Assembly: GCF_947492405.1 (NCBI RefSeq)
Contig: NZ_CANLMP010000008.1
Coordinates: 225,435-289,434, forward strand
Source of the DNA: an uncultured Aquimarina sp.
Lineage (GTDB): Bacteria; Bacteroidota; Bacteroidia; Flavobacteriales; Flavobacteriaceae
Direction: 5' to 3'
Length of the DNA: 64,000 bases
This document shows, piece after piece, positions 18,730 through 29,728 of the stretch. Positions within the stretch are counted from its first letter, which is position 1. Each line of letters begins with the position of its first letter. A program made the translations under genes and the position numbers. The notes beneath the pieces were generated by a model that made no database searches, was not told the DNA's origin, and saw nothing but the letters and a program-made list of their open reading frames with translations.

Positions 18730-18760
18730 AAAAAAAGCCCGTAATACAAAACTACGGGCT
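18730..18760 (-). terminator. Intrinsic terminator downstream of the second RND operon
   Basis: Minus strand AGCCCGTA-loop-TACGGGCT followed by a T run. Confidence 0.75.
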
Positions 18761-18883
18761 AACTTAGATTTATAGCGATTGATCTGAAAAACTAGTGAGC
18801 ATAAATTAGTTATAAAAATCACACTATAAATCTACCGAAACAAACAAATCATATCAGTTCTTATATAAAATTATTGAAATACG

Positions 18884-18982
18884 AATTGAACTATTTTGAT
18901 TTCAGGCAAGGCATAAAATTTATTGATAGCCATAGCTATCGATCAATTTTGTAACGAAGCATCAAGTCAAAAGAGACAATTT
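18884..18982 (+). ncRNA. Flavo-1-like structured intergenic element
   Basis: GCAAGGC...AAAATT-tatt-GATAGC-cata-GCTATC-gatc-AATTTT...AACGAAGC extended hairpin; resembles my recollection of the Rfam Flavo-1 motif, not verified. Confidence 0.5.
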
Positions 18983-19017
18983 TATACAATTATTTCATAT
19001 GAGAAATGGTATCTTTA

Positions 19018-20328
19018 TTATTCTAATAAGATTCCTCCTAATTGAAGTAAAGTAATCTCAGCAATCTTTAAATCATATTTTGCTTTTGCATTATTATTTA
19101 AGGCATTGAATAAATTGATTTGTGCTTGCCTAAATTCTACAGCAGATACCTGACCAAGACTAAATTGCTTTTGTGTACGATTAAAATTCAGTTGGTTTGT
19201 TACTATATTATGATTTTCAGCTTTAAGAGTAAATTGCTTATTTAAGTAATCTTCATAGGCGTTATAAACTTCTGTTTTTAATTCTTCTTGAGCCTTATAA
19301 AGTTCAATTTCCCGATTTTGTTTTGTTATTTTAGATGTTCGAACTTTCGTTTTTGTTTTTCCTCCATCAAATAAATTCCACGATAAATTCAGTCCTAAAT
19401 TAACACCGTACGTTTCGTTATTAAGTGCGAATGAGGTTACGGGATTCATACTTTCGTTCCAATTATAACTTGCACTACCATTAATTTTAGGAAGAAATTT
19501 AGCTTTACTTATTTTGATATCTAACTCGCTCAATAATATGTTTTGCCTATTCAGTAAAGAGGTTACATTATTATTAATTGCATTTTGTAAGATGATATCT
19601 TCTTTAAGTGTTTTTTGAAAAATTACTGTGGTGTCTATAGCATATTCAGTAGTAATATCTCTACCTAATAGCAGATTTAGGTTGCGTTTTAGGTTTTTAA
19701 AATCTTTGTATGCAGAAGCATATGAAATACTATCATTATTAAGATCTACTTGTGCGTTTAGTTCATCTAATTTTGAGCCTTGTCCATATTTTAATTTCTT
19801 TTTGGTACGCTCTAGACGATCTTTAGAGTTTTTAATATTTAGAAGGAGGTTCTCGGTAATCTGTTTTTGATATGCTACATTATAATAAGTATCATATAAT
19901 GAGACAATGGTATTCTCTATTAATTGTCGCTCTTCAATTTTTTTAAGATTGAAATTTTCACTGTTTTTTTTATTATTGAATTTACGTTCCAATCCATCAA
20001 AAATTGTATACTCTGCAGTAACAGAAGCATTATAGGATTCTGTTATGGCATTGGTTATATTGGTATTACTACCATCAGAAAAAGTTACATTTTGAGCTTC
20101 ATCAGAGTAGTTGATTCCACCCGAAAGTGAAACGGTAGGCAGATAACCACTATTGAATACTCCTTTTTCAATATCAGAAACTTTTGTATTATTTTTTGCA
20201 ATCCGGAGATCATAGTTCTTTTCTACCGCAATTTTTATAGCTTCATCCACAGTAAGTACATTTTGTGAAACCACTGGAGAACTAATAAGAAAAACTAATA
20301 GTATTGTTAAAGTTTTAAAATTTTTCAT
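19018..20328 (-). CDS. TolC family outer membrane efflux protein
   Basis: Signal peptide, YTIFDG and WNLFDGG OEP motifs; overlaps the permease stop. Confidence 0.9.
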   Translation of the reverse strand: MKNFKTLTILLVFLISSPVVSQNVLTVDEAIKIAVEKNYDLRIAKNNTKVSDIEKGVFNSGYLPTVSLSGGINYSDEAQNVTFSDGSNTNITNAITESYNASVTAEYTIFDGLERKFNNKKNSENFNLKKIEERQLIENTIVSLYDTYYNVAYQKQITENLLLNIKNSKDRLERTKKKLKYGQGSKLDELNAQVDLNNDSISYASAYKDFKNLKRNLNLLLGRDITTEYAIDTTVIFQKTLKEDIILQNAINNNVTSLLNRQNILLSELDIKISKAKFLPKINGSASYNWNESMNPVTSFALNNETYGVNLGLNLSWNLFDGGKTKTKVRTSKITKQNREIELYKAQEELKTEVYNAYEDYLNKQFTLKAENHNIVTNQLNFNRTQKQFSLGQVSAVEFRQAQINLFNALNNNAKAKYDLKIAEITLLQLGGILLE

Positions 20329-23300
20329 TTGCTACTTTTTGTTCTATGATTGCACGTTCTACTTCTTCTCTTGTTGGTTTTTTACCTGTTCTTACATATT
20401 TTATATAGACTTTAACTGTATTAGAAAACGATAGAAAAACAGGAAGAATGAATAGGGTTAATATGGTTGCAATTGCTATTCCATAAGAAATAGCGATAGC
20501 CATTGGTATTAAAAACTGTGCCTGTAGGCTTCTTTCTAACATCAAAGGAGCAAGACCTGCTATGGTAGTTATCGAGGTCAAGAAAATAGCTCTAAAACGT
20601 GCCCTCCCGGTTTCATAAAGAGCATCCTCAAACTTTAATCCTTCTTTTAAAAATGAATTAAACTTATTCGTAAATACAAGACCATCATTTACTACAATTC
20701 CTATTAAACCAACAATACCTAAATATGACAAAATACTCATTGGAAAGCCGTGTAAGTAATGTCCCCAAGCCACGCCTATAATACTAAAGGGTATAAGTGA
20801 TAACAATATAAATGGCTGACTGAATGATCTAAATGTGAATACTATAACTACATATATCAGAAAAATAATGACAGGGAAAACAGCAGTTGCTGAGTCTGCA
20901 ATTTTATTAACTTCTCGATTTTGACCTTCTGCAGAAACTGTAACTTCAGGGTATTTATCTTCTATGAGTTTAGCAACTCTTGTTTGTAAATCTATCATAA
21001 TATCTGCAGCACTGGCTTTAGCATTATCAACATCCGCTTCTACAGTTACCTCTCGAATTCCGTTTAAATGATTAATGGCTACTTCGCCTCTTTCAATAGT
21101 ATATGACGCTACTTCTGATAACGGAACCCGTCCATTTGATGTACTGATTTCAATAGTATTGATATTATTGATTGTTGATCTGTTCTGTTTATCGTATCGT
21201 ACCCAGATTTTTACTTCGTCTTGACCTCGTTGAATTCGCTGTACTTCATTTCCATAGAAAGCATTTCTAACTTGTGTCATTAAACTATTATAACTTAAAC
21301 CCAACAATTGTGCGTTATCCTTCAGTTTCAAATTAATCTCTTTGATACCTTTTGGGCTTGAATCTGTAATATCCTTAACATTAGGGTTCTTATTTAATTC
21401 GGAGTATATGATCTCCTTAGCTTTATTAATCTGTTCAATATTTTTGCCTTGCAAGGATACCGAGATAGGCGCTCCACCAACATTAGCACCAGAATTAAAG
21501 GATAGTTTTTCGAGAATCGGAATATTACCCACAGAAGCTCGAATTTTATCTGTAATTTCTATAGAAGAAATAGAACGTGTTTCGCTAGGGGATAGGTTTA
21601 TTGTAATACTACTGGATGAACTACTTGGACCTATACGCTTCACGGTACCGGTAATATGAGATTCGTTTATCTCGTTTGGACCTAAATCTTTATTGATTTT
21701 CCAAACATTATTTTCTATGTAAGTGGCAATTGAATCTGTAACACGTTCGCTTGTTCCTTTGGGTGTGTTTATTGTTGCAACAATTTGATCACTTGCGTTC
21801 GTAGGAAAAAATGTTAATTTTATGATACCACTTGTGAAAGCGCCAATTGTAATTATGAACAAGAATAATATGATAGCAAAAGACAAAAACTTGTTCTGCA
21901 GACATTTTTTATAAACAGGACTGTATATCTTATCCCGTAAATAGTTCATAAATCTTTCTCCAAGTTTATTAAACTTACTTACTTTACTGATGTTCTTAAT
22001 ATCTTTAGAATGTGCTAAATGCGCGGGAAGAATCAATAACGCTTCAATTAGAGATACAAGTAAAGTTAAAGTAACTACAAGAGCAATATCTCCAAAAAAG
22101 TCACCTATCTGTCCATCTAAAAAGAAGAATACCGAAAATGCCAATATTGTAGTGGCAATGGCAGAAAGGATAGGTTTTAGTACTTCTAATGTACCATTTA
22201 CGGCTGCTTGTATTGGCGACTCTCCTTTTTCTCGTCGACTGTAGATGTTTTCGGCAATTACAATACCGTCATCAACGAGTATACCTATAACCAGAATCAT
22301 CCCAAACATGGAAAGCATATTTAAAGTAACTCCATAATTAGGTAAAAGAATAAACATCCCGAAGAAAGATATTGGTAATCCAAAAGCTACCCAAAATGCT
22401 ACACTAGGTCTTAAAAAGAAAGATAAAAGTATTAAAACCAGTAACATCCCAACGATGGCATTTTCTAGTAATAGCGAGATCCTATCTTCTATAAGGTCTG
22501 CAGTGTTGAAAGTTGATTTTAATTCAATATTTTTATTAGTATCATTAAACTCTTTTATATAGTTTTTTACACTTTCTACGCTACTAATTAAGTCTTCAGA
22601 ATTCGTATTTTTTAAGTCAATTTGTATTGCTTGTTCTCCATTGTAGAAAAGCTTATCGGGATTTTCACTAAAGGTGTCATTTAATTTGGCAATATCTCTA
22701 AGATATACTTTTGATCCATCTGTAGAGGATTTTACAACTATATCCTTAAGGTTATCTGCAAAATACTCTTTATTATTAGCCCTAATAAGAAATTCTTCAT
22801 CCTTAGTTTTTATGGAACCTCCGGAAATACTAATGTTAGCTTCTGCAATAGACTTTGCAATTTCTTCGAATGTCAGGTTATAATTTCTAAGTTTAGCTTC
22901 TGAAATAGAAATTTCTATTTCTTCATCAGGAAATCCTGTTAGCGAAATTTGCGAAATTCCATCAATCCTTAGTAAGTCATTTTCTATATCCTGTGCATAC
23001 TCTTTTAAAATTCGTAAAGGAATATCTTTACCAGTAATAATGAATGAAATAGCTGGTCTTGTTGGTTTAATTGTCTCTATGACCGGAGGTTCAATAGTTT
23101 TTGGAAATGAAGGAATTCTGTCGACTGCGTTTTTTACTTCATCTAATACCAAATTGATGTCAAAACCAGACAGAATTTCAATTGTTACAGATGCACTATT
23201 TTCTTGCGAAACAGAACTTACTCTGTCGACACCTATAATACCTTTAAGGTTTCGTTCAATTTTTTCTACGATACCTTCTTCAACCTCTTCAGGAGAGGCT

Positions 23301-23461
23301 CCTGGGTAAGTGACCGTAATCTGTATAGTTTTGGCATCAGATAAAGGGAAAAATGAGGAATTCATTTTTTGATACCCCAGAAAACCAAAAATTAAAAAGC
23401 CTACTATAAAAATATTTACAGCAACAGGATATTTTATAAAGTAACCAAGAAAGTTTTTCAT
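20315..23461 (-). CDS. RND efflux permease (AcrB family)
   Basis: 1048 aa, IGILVDDGIVIAENI, VVNDGLVF, RFRAIFLTSITT. Confidence 0.93.
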   Translation of the reverse strand: MKNFLGYFIKYPVAVNIFIVGFLIFGFLGYQKMNSSFFPLSDAKTIQITVTYPGASPEEVEEGIVEKIERNLKGIIGVDRVSSVSQENSASVTIEILSGFDINLVLDEVKNAVDRIPSFPKTIEPPVIETIKPTRPAISFIITGKDIPLRILKEYAQDIENDLLRIDGISQISLTGFPDEEIEISISEAKLRNYNLTFEEIAKSIAEANISISGGSIKTKDEEFLIRANNKEYFADNLKDIVVKSSTDGSKVYLRDIAKLNDTFSENPDKLFYNGEQAIQIDLKNTNSEDLISSVESVKNYIKEFNDTNKNIELKSTFNTADLIEDRISLLLENAIVGMLLVLILLSFFLRPSVAFWVAFGLPISFFGMFILLPNYGVTLNMLSMFGMILVIGILVDDGIVIAENIYSRREKGESPIQAAVNGTLEVLKPILSAIATTILAFSVFFFLDGQIGDFFGDIALVVTLTLLVSLIEALLILPAHLAHSKDIKNISKVSKFNKLGERFMNYLRDKIYSPVYKKCLQNKFLSFAIILFLFIITIGAFTSGIIKLTFFPTNASDQIVATINTPKGTSERVTDSIATYIENNVWKINKDLGPNEINESHITGTVKRIGPSSSSSSITINLSPSETRSISSIEITDKIRASVGNIPILEKLSFNSGANVGGAPISVSLQGKNIEQINKAKEIIYSELNKNPNVKDITDSSPKGIKEINLKLKDNAQLLGLSYNSLMTQVRNAFYGNEVQRIQRGQDEVKIWVRYDKQNRSTINNINTIEISTSNGRVPLSEVASYTIERGEVAINHLNGIREVTVEADVDNAKASAADIMIDLQTRVAKLIEDKYPEVTVSAEGQNREVNKIADSATAVFPVIIFLIYVVIVFTFRSFSQPFILLSLIPFSIIGVAWGHYLHGFPMSILSYLGIVGLIGIVVNDGLVFTNKFNSFLKEGLKFEDALYETGRARFRAIFLTSITTIAGLAPLMLERSLQAQFLIPMAIAISYGIAIATILTLFILPVFLSFSNTVKVYIKYVRTGKKPTREEVERAIIEQKVANEKF

Positions 23462-23463
23462 AA

Positions 23464-24576
23464 TTATTCTAGAATTTCAATTGGCATACCAGGGTAAGCA
23501 TTGGCAATGCTTTGATTTACAATAAGATTTCCTGATTCCAGACCAGAAATAACAGACGTATCACCTTGATAATTGACAATTCTTATGGATCTCAATTCTA
23601 ACAGCTTATTATTTACAACATAGACCATGTTGTTTTCGAGAATAAGCGCATTGTCTATTTTAAAAACATCTATTAAATCGTCACCATCTATTTGAGCTTT
23701 TAGGTATTGACCATCCTTTAGGTCTTCATTGCTAACTTCTACAATAACATTAACACTCTGTGTATCTTGATTTATTTTACCGTTTATCCGTGTTATTTTT
23801 CCAATAAATGACTGAGAATTATCTATTGTTTTAAGGTGAACAGAAATTCCTTTTTTAAGATATTTATTATCAGATGCGGGAATCGCAAGATGGAGTTCAA
23901 AATTAGAATCATCTGTAAATTCTCCGATTTTCTGACCACTTCTAATTAAGGTTCCAACATTTATAGTAGACTCTGTGACTATTCCATTAAAGGGGGCATT
24001 GATATGATATTTACTTAATCGTTCTTCTAAATTTATGATGTTGTAATACGCACTATAAATATTCTTTCCGGAGACAAAAAGTTTCTCTTCATTAGAACTA
24101 AATTCTGGCAGCTCTGGTGTTTTTGAATTAACAGTAAGATTTTCTAAATAAGTTCCCCATTTTTTGGAGATATCAGGGTAATCTATTTCCATATCGGGCA
24201 ACATAGCCGCAATTTGATTCATTAAATCGCTGCGCGCGGATTTAATTTGGGCAGCATGTTCTTTACTATCCATTACAATTAAAGCTTGTCCTTTTCTAAA
24301 TCTATTACCGATCTTAAAAGCCGTATTTGTTTGTTGAATCACTCCTTGCACTTCGCTATATAGTTCTATTTTTTCTTTAGCGTGAAGTATGCCTGTAGCT
24401 TCTACGAGATATGGCACATTGGTTAATTCTACTTGTGTTACTTTAATTGCTTTTATAGCCGTCTCGACTACGACTTCTTCCTTTTTTTCGTTGTCTTCAC
24501 TGTTTAATAAATTAAAAGCCAACAAGCCTAAAATTACAATTGAAATTCCTATAATGATACTTACATATTTTTTCAT
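23464..24576 (-). CDS. RND periplasmic adaptor (MFP)
   Basis: N-terminal anchor, IELYSEVQG, INAPFNGIV, GTLIRSGQKIG. Confidence 0.88.
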   Translation of the reverse strand: MKKYVSIIIGISIVILGLLAFNLLNSEDNEKKEEVVVETAIKAIKVTQVELTNVPYLVEATGILHAKEKIELYSEVQGVIQQTNTAFKIGNRFRKGQALIVMDSKEHAAQIKSARSDLMNQIAAMLPDMEIDYPDISKKWGTYLENLTVNSKTPELPEFSSNEEKLFVSGKNIYSAYYNIINLEERLSKYHINAPFNGIVTESTINVGTLIRSGQKIGEFTDDSNFELHLAIPASDNKYLKKGISVHLKTIDNSQSFIGKITRINGKINQDTQSVNVIVEVSNEDLKDGQYLKAQIDGDDLIDVFKIDNALILENNMVYVVNNKLLELRSIRIVNYQGDTSVISGLESGNLIVNQSIANAYPGMPIEILE

Positions 24577-24582
24577 TTTGAT

Positions 24583-24945
24583 CTATAGTTTCATGTTCTT
24601 TCTCAAATGTTTTTTAATTTTTGGAGCTACATCGTCTTCATACTTTTCTAATTGTTCTTGAGACAATACTTTTTCCAGTTCAGCAGATTTTCCTTTTTTT
24701 ATTTCGTTCATCTCTCCAATTTTACCAAACATGCTTCCCTCTGCTTCCATTAAAACAACCATTTTCTCTGTATACTTTAGATTGATTATTTCTACTTTTT
24801 CAGTTTGTTCTTTAGTAAGATTCAACTCCTTAACCATCTGCTGTGTCTGATATTCAGACATTTCAGTTACATTCATTTTTTGCTGTGCAAAACTGTTTGC
24901 ATTACAAAAAAGAATTATTATTACTGTTAGAATGTTATTTTTCAT
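24583..24945 (-). CDS. Small exported helical protein (DUF4890/LTXXQ-like)
   Basis: Signal peptide ending SFA-Q; MVKELNLTKEQ and VLSQEQLEKY repeats. Confidence 0.6.
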   Translation of the reverse strand: MKNNILTVIIILFCNANSFAQQKMNVTEMSEYQTQQMVKELNLTKEQTEKVEIINLKYTEKMVVLMEAEGSMFGKIGEMNEIKKGKSAELEKVLSQEQLEKYEDDVAPKIKKHLRKNMKL

Positions 24946-24955
24946 ATAGTTTTTT

Positions 24956-26215
24956 TTAATTAAACTTTAGTTTCCTAAACCATATATCTTTAAGACTTAT
25001 GTTGACATTGATCATGTTAAATCTTTCTTCTACCAGAATACCCGAAACTGTTCCTCGTTGCCCGGTCGCATATGAAATATTGATCATGGAACCTCCTCTA
25101 ATGCTAATAGGAAAACCTATTCCGGCGGTAAGACTGTAATTATTGATTGTTTGATCATTTACTTTTAAGTATCCAGAATCATAATTAAGTCCAGCTCTGA
25201 ATTCTATATTTTCCCAATATTTTAGTCCAATCTCTTTTGCTCTATATTGAGCTCCAAGACTGATTATGCTTTGGTCCACATAATCACCGATATCATCACT
25301 TTGATTGGTAAATCCCCACAAACTTCCCTTATAATCTAAATTAACAGTAAGTGAGTTGAAAAATCGAGCACTAGCTCCAAAACCGATTTCTAGTGGTAGT
25401 TTAAAGCTGTCGATAGTTAGATCGTTTTCATCTTCTACCTCAGTAGGAATAAAGTCAAGACTTTTAAAAACACTTCTGTCCTGTGATCCCCTTAAGGATG
25501 TGGGGAAATCAGTTGTAAAACCCAAAGCATATTGGTCATTTATTTTATATTGTAATCCAAACCCTAGTCTGAAACCATTATAAAAATTCTCTTCTGCTAT
25601 ATTCAGGAAGCTTTCTTCAAAAATGATGTTTTCTGTTTGGTCAATAGCGCCAAATAAAAATGAAGATTTAATACCTAAACTTAGATTATCATATAATTTA
25701 TATCCATAATGCAAGCTTAAATCATTAAGACCTCCAGAACCGATAATGTTACTAACAAATTCATTTTGAGAACCTTCGATGTTAGTTGCAATTCCGATCA
25801 AAGCATATCCGACGTCTGTAAATGGAACTATGGATAAACCCATTCCAGACCTTTCATTAAGGCTAAATCCCATGGACAGATTAGAAAAGTTAGACGAAAA
25901 CCTGTTTTCATCTTTATCATTAGTAGAAACTTTATTAAGCTCTCCTAGAAAACCAATATCTAATAAAAAACTCTGTTCAGAAATACCTGTGAAGGATGCT
26001 GGATTTAAGGTATTCAATAAGTAATTACTTTCTAAAGCAATTCCTCCTTTTCCTAGAGCACTATTTCTTCCTGTATTAGAATTGGTCTGTACACCTAAGC
26101 CAAACAAGGAATATGGAGATCCTGTCAAAGAATTGGTTTGTGCTTTTGATATAGAAATCCAAAAAAACAATACTCCTAATATTTTTAAACAATTATTATT
26201 CATCATAAATAGCAT
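24956..26215 (-). CDS. Outer membrane beta-barrel (FadL/PorV-like)
   Basis: Signal peptide, SPYSLFGLG and LNPASF motifs, amphipathic strands, C-terminal Phe region. Confidence 0.7.
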   Translation of the reverse strand: MLFMMNNNCLKILGVLFFWISISKAQTNSLTGSPYSLFGLGVQTNSNTGRNSALGKGGIALESNYLLNTLNPASFTGISEQSFLLDIGFLGELNKVSTNDKDENRFSSNFSNLSMGFSLNERSGMGLSIVPFTDVGYALIGIATNIEGSQNEFVSNIIGSGGLNDLSLHYGYKLYDNLSLGIKSSFLFGAIDQTENIIFEESFLNIAEENFYNGFRLGFGLQYKINDQYALGFTTDFPTSLRGSQDRSVFKSLDFIPTEVEDENDLTIDSFKLPLEIGFGASARFFNSLTVNLDYKGSLWGFTNQSDDIGDYVDQSIISLGAQYRAKEIGLKYWENIEFRAGLNYDSGYLKVNDQTINNYSLTAGIGFPISIRGGSMINISYATGQRGTVSGILVEERFNMINVNISLKDIWFRKLKFN

Positions 26216-27509
26216 ACGTCAATATTAATCGAGCTCTAAAGTCTGTACTGCTTTCGCCTTCTAGTACAAAACGATCTACGGTTTGATTAAAGCTTTGGGA
26301 AAAAAGTACTAGAGCATTATCTATAATAGGAGCTTCTTCAAGTTCTTGCTCTAAATAAAACCCAATAGGTATTTCGTATACCACTTCATTGAATTCTATG
26401 TTTTCTTCATTAATAATTGCAAAAACATTTCCTTGTCCATTGAACAATCGATCTACCAGCTCATTGTTTTGATCAGCTATGTCAACATTAAGAGAGTCCC
26501 TAATAGGAAGGACTTCACTAAAAACTTGCGGGGGAGGTTTAATTTGCAGCGTGGCGTTAAGAATGGTTCCGGTACCAGGAATATCATAAATCTTGCGAAT
26601 AGTAGGAAACTGAATACGAGTTGCATACCCAACGCCAGCTTGAATATAACTTCTGTTTTCGCTGTCTTTGGACAATAAATTAGTTTCTTGATCAATCAAT
26701 GGTTCAAGAAAAGTACCCGTTACATTACTTCTAATATTGTTAAAGGATTTAGGAATGACTGTAGCAGAATTTATAAACAAATCAAATGTTTCTTCATTAT
26801 CCCCAAATTCTCCGGGAACCGTATAGAAAAATCGGAGATAGGTATTTCCATTACTTTTTGAAAAACCTAAAACAGAAGCATCATCATCATCTCCGGGTTG
26901 TAAAGTAAACCCCTTAAAATTTCTTATTAACTCTTCATCGTCATTAATATCTCCATCACGTATCAAATCAAACAATGTTTGACCAAAGGTAATAGGTATT
27001 GATATATGCAAAGAATCTTCATCAAATGGTTCAGGAATATAGTTTCGTGTAACTATTGGAGTAGTTTCGAAAGGAAGTAAACTTGTATTATAAAACACAT
27101 CCTCTTCTGGATCAACTTCGTCCGTAAGAACGTGAATATTTACTTGTGCAACCTTAGTAGTATCACTATAAAAATATCGATCATATCCTAAAATCAGAGC
27201 AATACTGTCTAGCTCAGCATCATCCGGTAGACCGTAACTAAGAGCGGTTAACTCGAAATAATTAGAAGCACGCACAGTACCAAAGAACTCGTCTTTATAC
27301 TGTCCTAATAATAATCTATTGCTACTGGAGCTATTAATACTATCAAACTTAAAAGTCGATAACTCAACTGCAAAAGTATCAATAGATATTATCCGCACAT
27401 TAGAATCTGTAAAATCCTGCCCTACTTCTAACGTAGGAATATCTTCTTCTCGATCAGAACAAGAAATTATAGATAATATCAATAGTAATAAACCTAATAG
27501 TTTCCTCAT
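26196..27509 (-). CDS. DUF4270-like lipoprotein
   Basis: Lipobox IISC followed by acidic SDREED; IDTFAVELSTFKFDSI, LLLGQYKDEFFG. Confidence 0.7.
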   Translation of the reverse strand: MRKLLGLLLLILSIISCSDREEDIPTLEVGQDFTDSNVRIISIDTFAVELSTFKFDSINSSSSNRLLLGQYKDEFFGTVRASNYFELTALSYGLPDDAELDSIALILGYDRYFYSDTTKVAQVNIHVLTDEVDPEEDVFYNTSLLPFETTPIVTRNYIPEPFDEDSLHISIPITFGQTLFDLIRDGDINDDEELIRNFKGFTLQPGDDDDASVLGFSKSNGNTYLRFFYTVPGEFGDNEETFDLFINSATVIPKSFNNIRSNVTGTFLEPLIDQETNLLSKDSENRSYIQAGVGYATRIQFPTIRKIYDIPGTGTILNATLQIKPPPQVFSEVLPIRDSLNVDIADQNNELVDRLFNGQGNVFAIINEENIEFNEVVYEIPIGFYLEQELEEAPIIDNALVLFSQSFNQTVDRFVLEGESSTDFRARLILTYAIYDE

Positions 27510-27733
27510 TTTTTATTATTTGAATAACAAAACAAAGAGACTATTCAGAATTAAAAAACTAGAATCTACAGATTAGGAATACCTCTATACCAGCTCCTGT
27601 TTTTATCCTACCAATCTATTAAATAGAGTTTCATCGAGGTAAATCACATTTTGGTATATAAAAAATATAAACCGGTATATCTTTTTTTTTGATGCTTTTA
27701 AGCTGGGTTATTTTTACTCAAAACTCGTATTAA

Positions 27734-28642
27734 ATGAGGTGTCATTTTACATTAATAATAATGCTTTCAGGAATTGCTAATACACTATGGAGTCAGAATC
27801 CACAAGGTGAGATAGGAGGTTTTGAATATTCGGTTGTTCCTGATATTGGTGATACCCAGATAGAAAAATATGCTACAAATCTAAATTTTGGAACTAAACT
27901 AGGAACGGGTATGGTAGGTTTAGGGGTTTCCTATACGCTCTATGACTTTTTTTATAAGAAGGACTCTTTTGTCGATTTTAATCTAGCTCCCTATGAAAGG
28001 ATTCATAATATAAGATTACGAATATTTTATAGGTATATGATTAATGAATCCTGGTCAGGAAATATTCTATTTTCTCCGATTATATCATCCAACTTAACAG
28101 GGAGTTTAAGTAATGAGGATCTCATCATAAATTCTATACTTTCTGTATCCAAAAAATGGGGCAATGAAGAGAATTTGTCGGTACTAACGTTTGGATTAGG
28201 TTTCGGAACTCCGTTTGGTGAACCTCAGTTTTTTCCTGCTATTTCTTTTAGAAAAAAAATAAATTCTAGTTGGAGTTATATATTGGGAATTCCGGAAACA
28301 AGTATAAACTATACGTACAGAGAGAGACATGTTTTTTCAGGGAAAGCTACTTTTGAGGGGCTTTTTGGAAATGTGTCTTCGTCCATTGCTTTGCCTGATA
28401 GTAGTTTACAAACGAATACAAAATTGCAGTATAATTCACTAAATACAGGATTTCAATATAATTATAGAATCCAACCCAACTGGACTACTACCATTAGTTT
28501 AGGTTATGCGCCTTGGAATCAATTAAAAATACTTGACAATAACAATAATGAGCTATATGATATAGGATCAGATAGTTCCTTTTATATATCTATGGGATTA
28601 AAGTTTAACTTAAATAAAACAATGAATGAAAACAAAAAATAA
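27734..28642 (+). CDS. Outer membrane beta-barrel (DUF6268-like)
   Basis: Signal peptide, FFPAISF...YILGIPET, alternating strands. Confidence 0.65.
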   Translation: MRCHFTLIIMLSGIANTLWSQNPQGEIGGFEYSVVPDIGDTQIEKYATNLNFGTKLGTGMVGLGVSYTLYDFFYKKDSFVDFNLAPYERIHNIRLRIFYRYMINESWSGNILFSPIISSNLTGSLSNEDLIINSILSVSKKWGNEENLSVLTFGLGFGTPFGEPQFFPAISFRKKINSSWSYILGIPETSINYTYRERHVFSGKATFEGLFGNVSSSIALPDSSLQTNTKLQYNSLNTGFQYNYRIQPNWTTTISLGYAPWNQLKILDNNNNELYDIGSDSSFYISMGLKFNLNKTMNENKK

Positions 28643-29645
28643 TCCATATCTAATAAATCCATTCCAATTACAAAAATTAGTATTGGCATCACTAATGGTT
28701 ATTGTCATTACTAGTTGTTCTGATGATGATGATGATGAGTTATTAGGAAATTGGGTAGAAAGATCCGTTTTTGATGGAACTCCTAGAAGCAGTGCTGTAG
28801 CATTTACTATTAATAACACCGGATATATGGGTACCGGATTTGATGGTGATGATTATCTGAAAGATTTCTGGAAATATGACCTGGAAGGAAATTTCTGGAG
28901 TCAATTGGCAGATTTTCCCGGAGTAGAACGCAGCGCTGCTGTGGGGTTTACAATTAGTGGTAATGGGTACGTAGGTAGCGGTTTTGATGGAGATAATGAA
29001 TTAAATGATTTTTATCAATATAATTCTTCAACCAATATATGGTCTCCTATTGCTGATTTTACAGGAGGGAACAGACGAGGTGCTGTTGCTTTTAATTCTG
29101 ATTCTTCTGGATATGTAGGAACCGGTTTTGACGGTGATAATGACAAGAAGGATTTCTGGAAATACAATCCTGTTAGTGATGAGTGGAACGAATTAGTAGG
29201 CTTTGGCGGGGATAAAAGAAGAGATGCCATAACTTTTTCTATCGGAGATAAAGTATATCTGGGAACAGGTATTTCTAATGGTATAAATCAGGAAGATTTT
29301 TGGGTGTTTGATATTACAACAGAAACCTGGAGTGTACTAACAGATCTTGATGATAATGATGACTATACAATTACAAGAAATAATGCTGTAGGCTTTAGTA
29401 TAGGAAACAAAGGATATGTTGCTTGTGGAAATAGTGGACTAGGTCCATCTACTTCTATATGGGAATATGATCCTACAACTGATCTTTGGGTGGAGAAAAC
29501 AGAATATGAAGGTATATCCAGAGAAGATGCGATTGCCTTTTATAATGGATCACGAGCTTTTGTTGGATTAGGTAGAACAGGAACTTTATATCTGGACGAT
29601 AATAGAGAATTTTTTCCATTTGAAACTGAAGATGAAGATGATTAA
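28626..29645 (+). CDS. Kelch-repeat beta-propeller lipoprotein
   Basis: Lipobox ITSC then SDDDDDE; about six repeats of R..AV.F.I...GY.GTG.DG....DFW.Y. Confidence 0.85.
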   Translation: MKTKNNPYLINPFQLQKLVLASLMVIVITSCSDDDDDELLGNWVERSVFDGTPRSSAVAFTINNTGYMGTGFDGDDYLKDFWKYDLEGNFWSQLADFPGVERSAAVGFTISGNGYVGSGFDGDNELNDFYQYNSSTNIWSPIADFTGGNRRGAVAFNSDSSGYVGTGFDGDNDKKDFWKYNPVSDEWNELVGFGGDKRRDAITFSIGDKVYLGTGISNGINQEDFWVFDITTETWSVLTDLDDNDDYTITRNNAVGFSIGNKGYVACGNSGLGPSTSIWEYDPTTDLWVEKTEYEGISREDAIAFYNGSRAFVGLGRTGTLYLDDNREFFPFETEDEDD

Positions 29646-29728
29646 TAATTATTAGCTACGATCAGACAGTATTCTTTTTTTACCAATACTTTCCTCCATA
29701 AATACTGTCTGGTCTATTTTAAACAACT

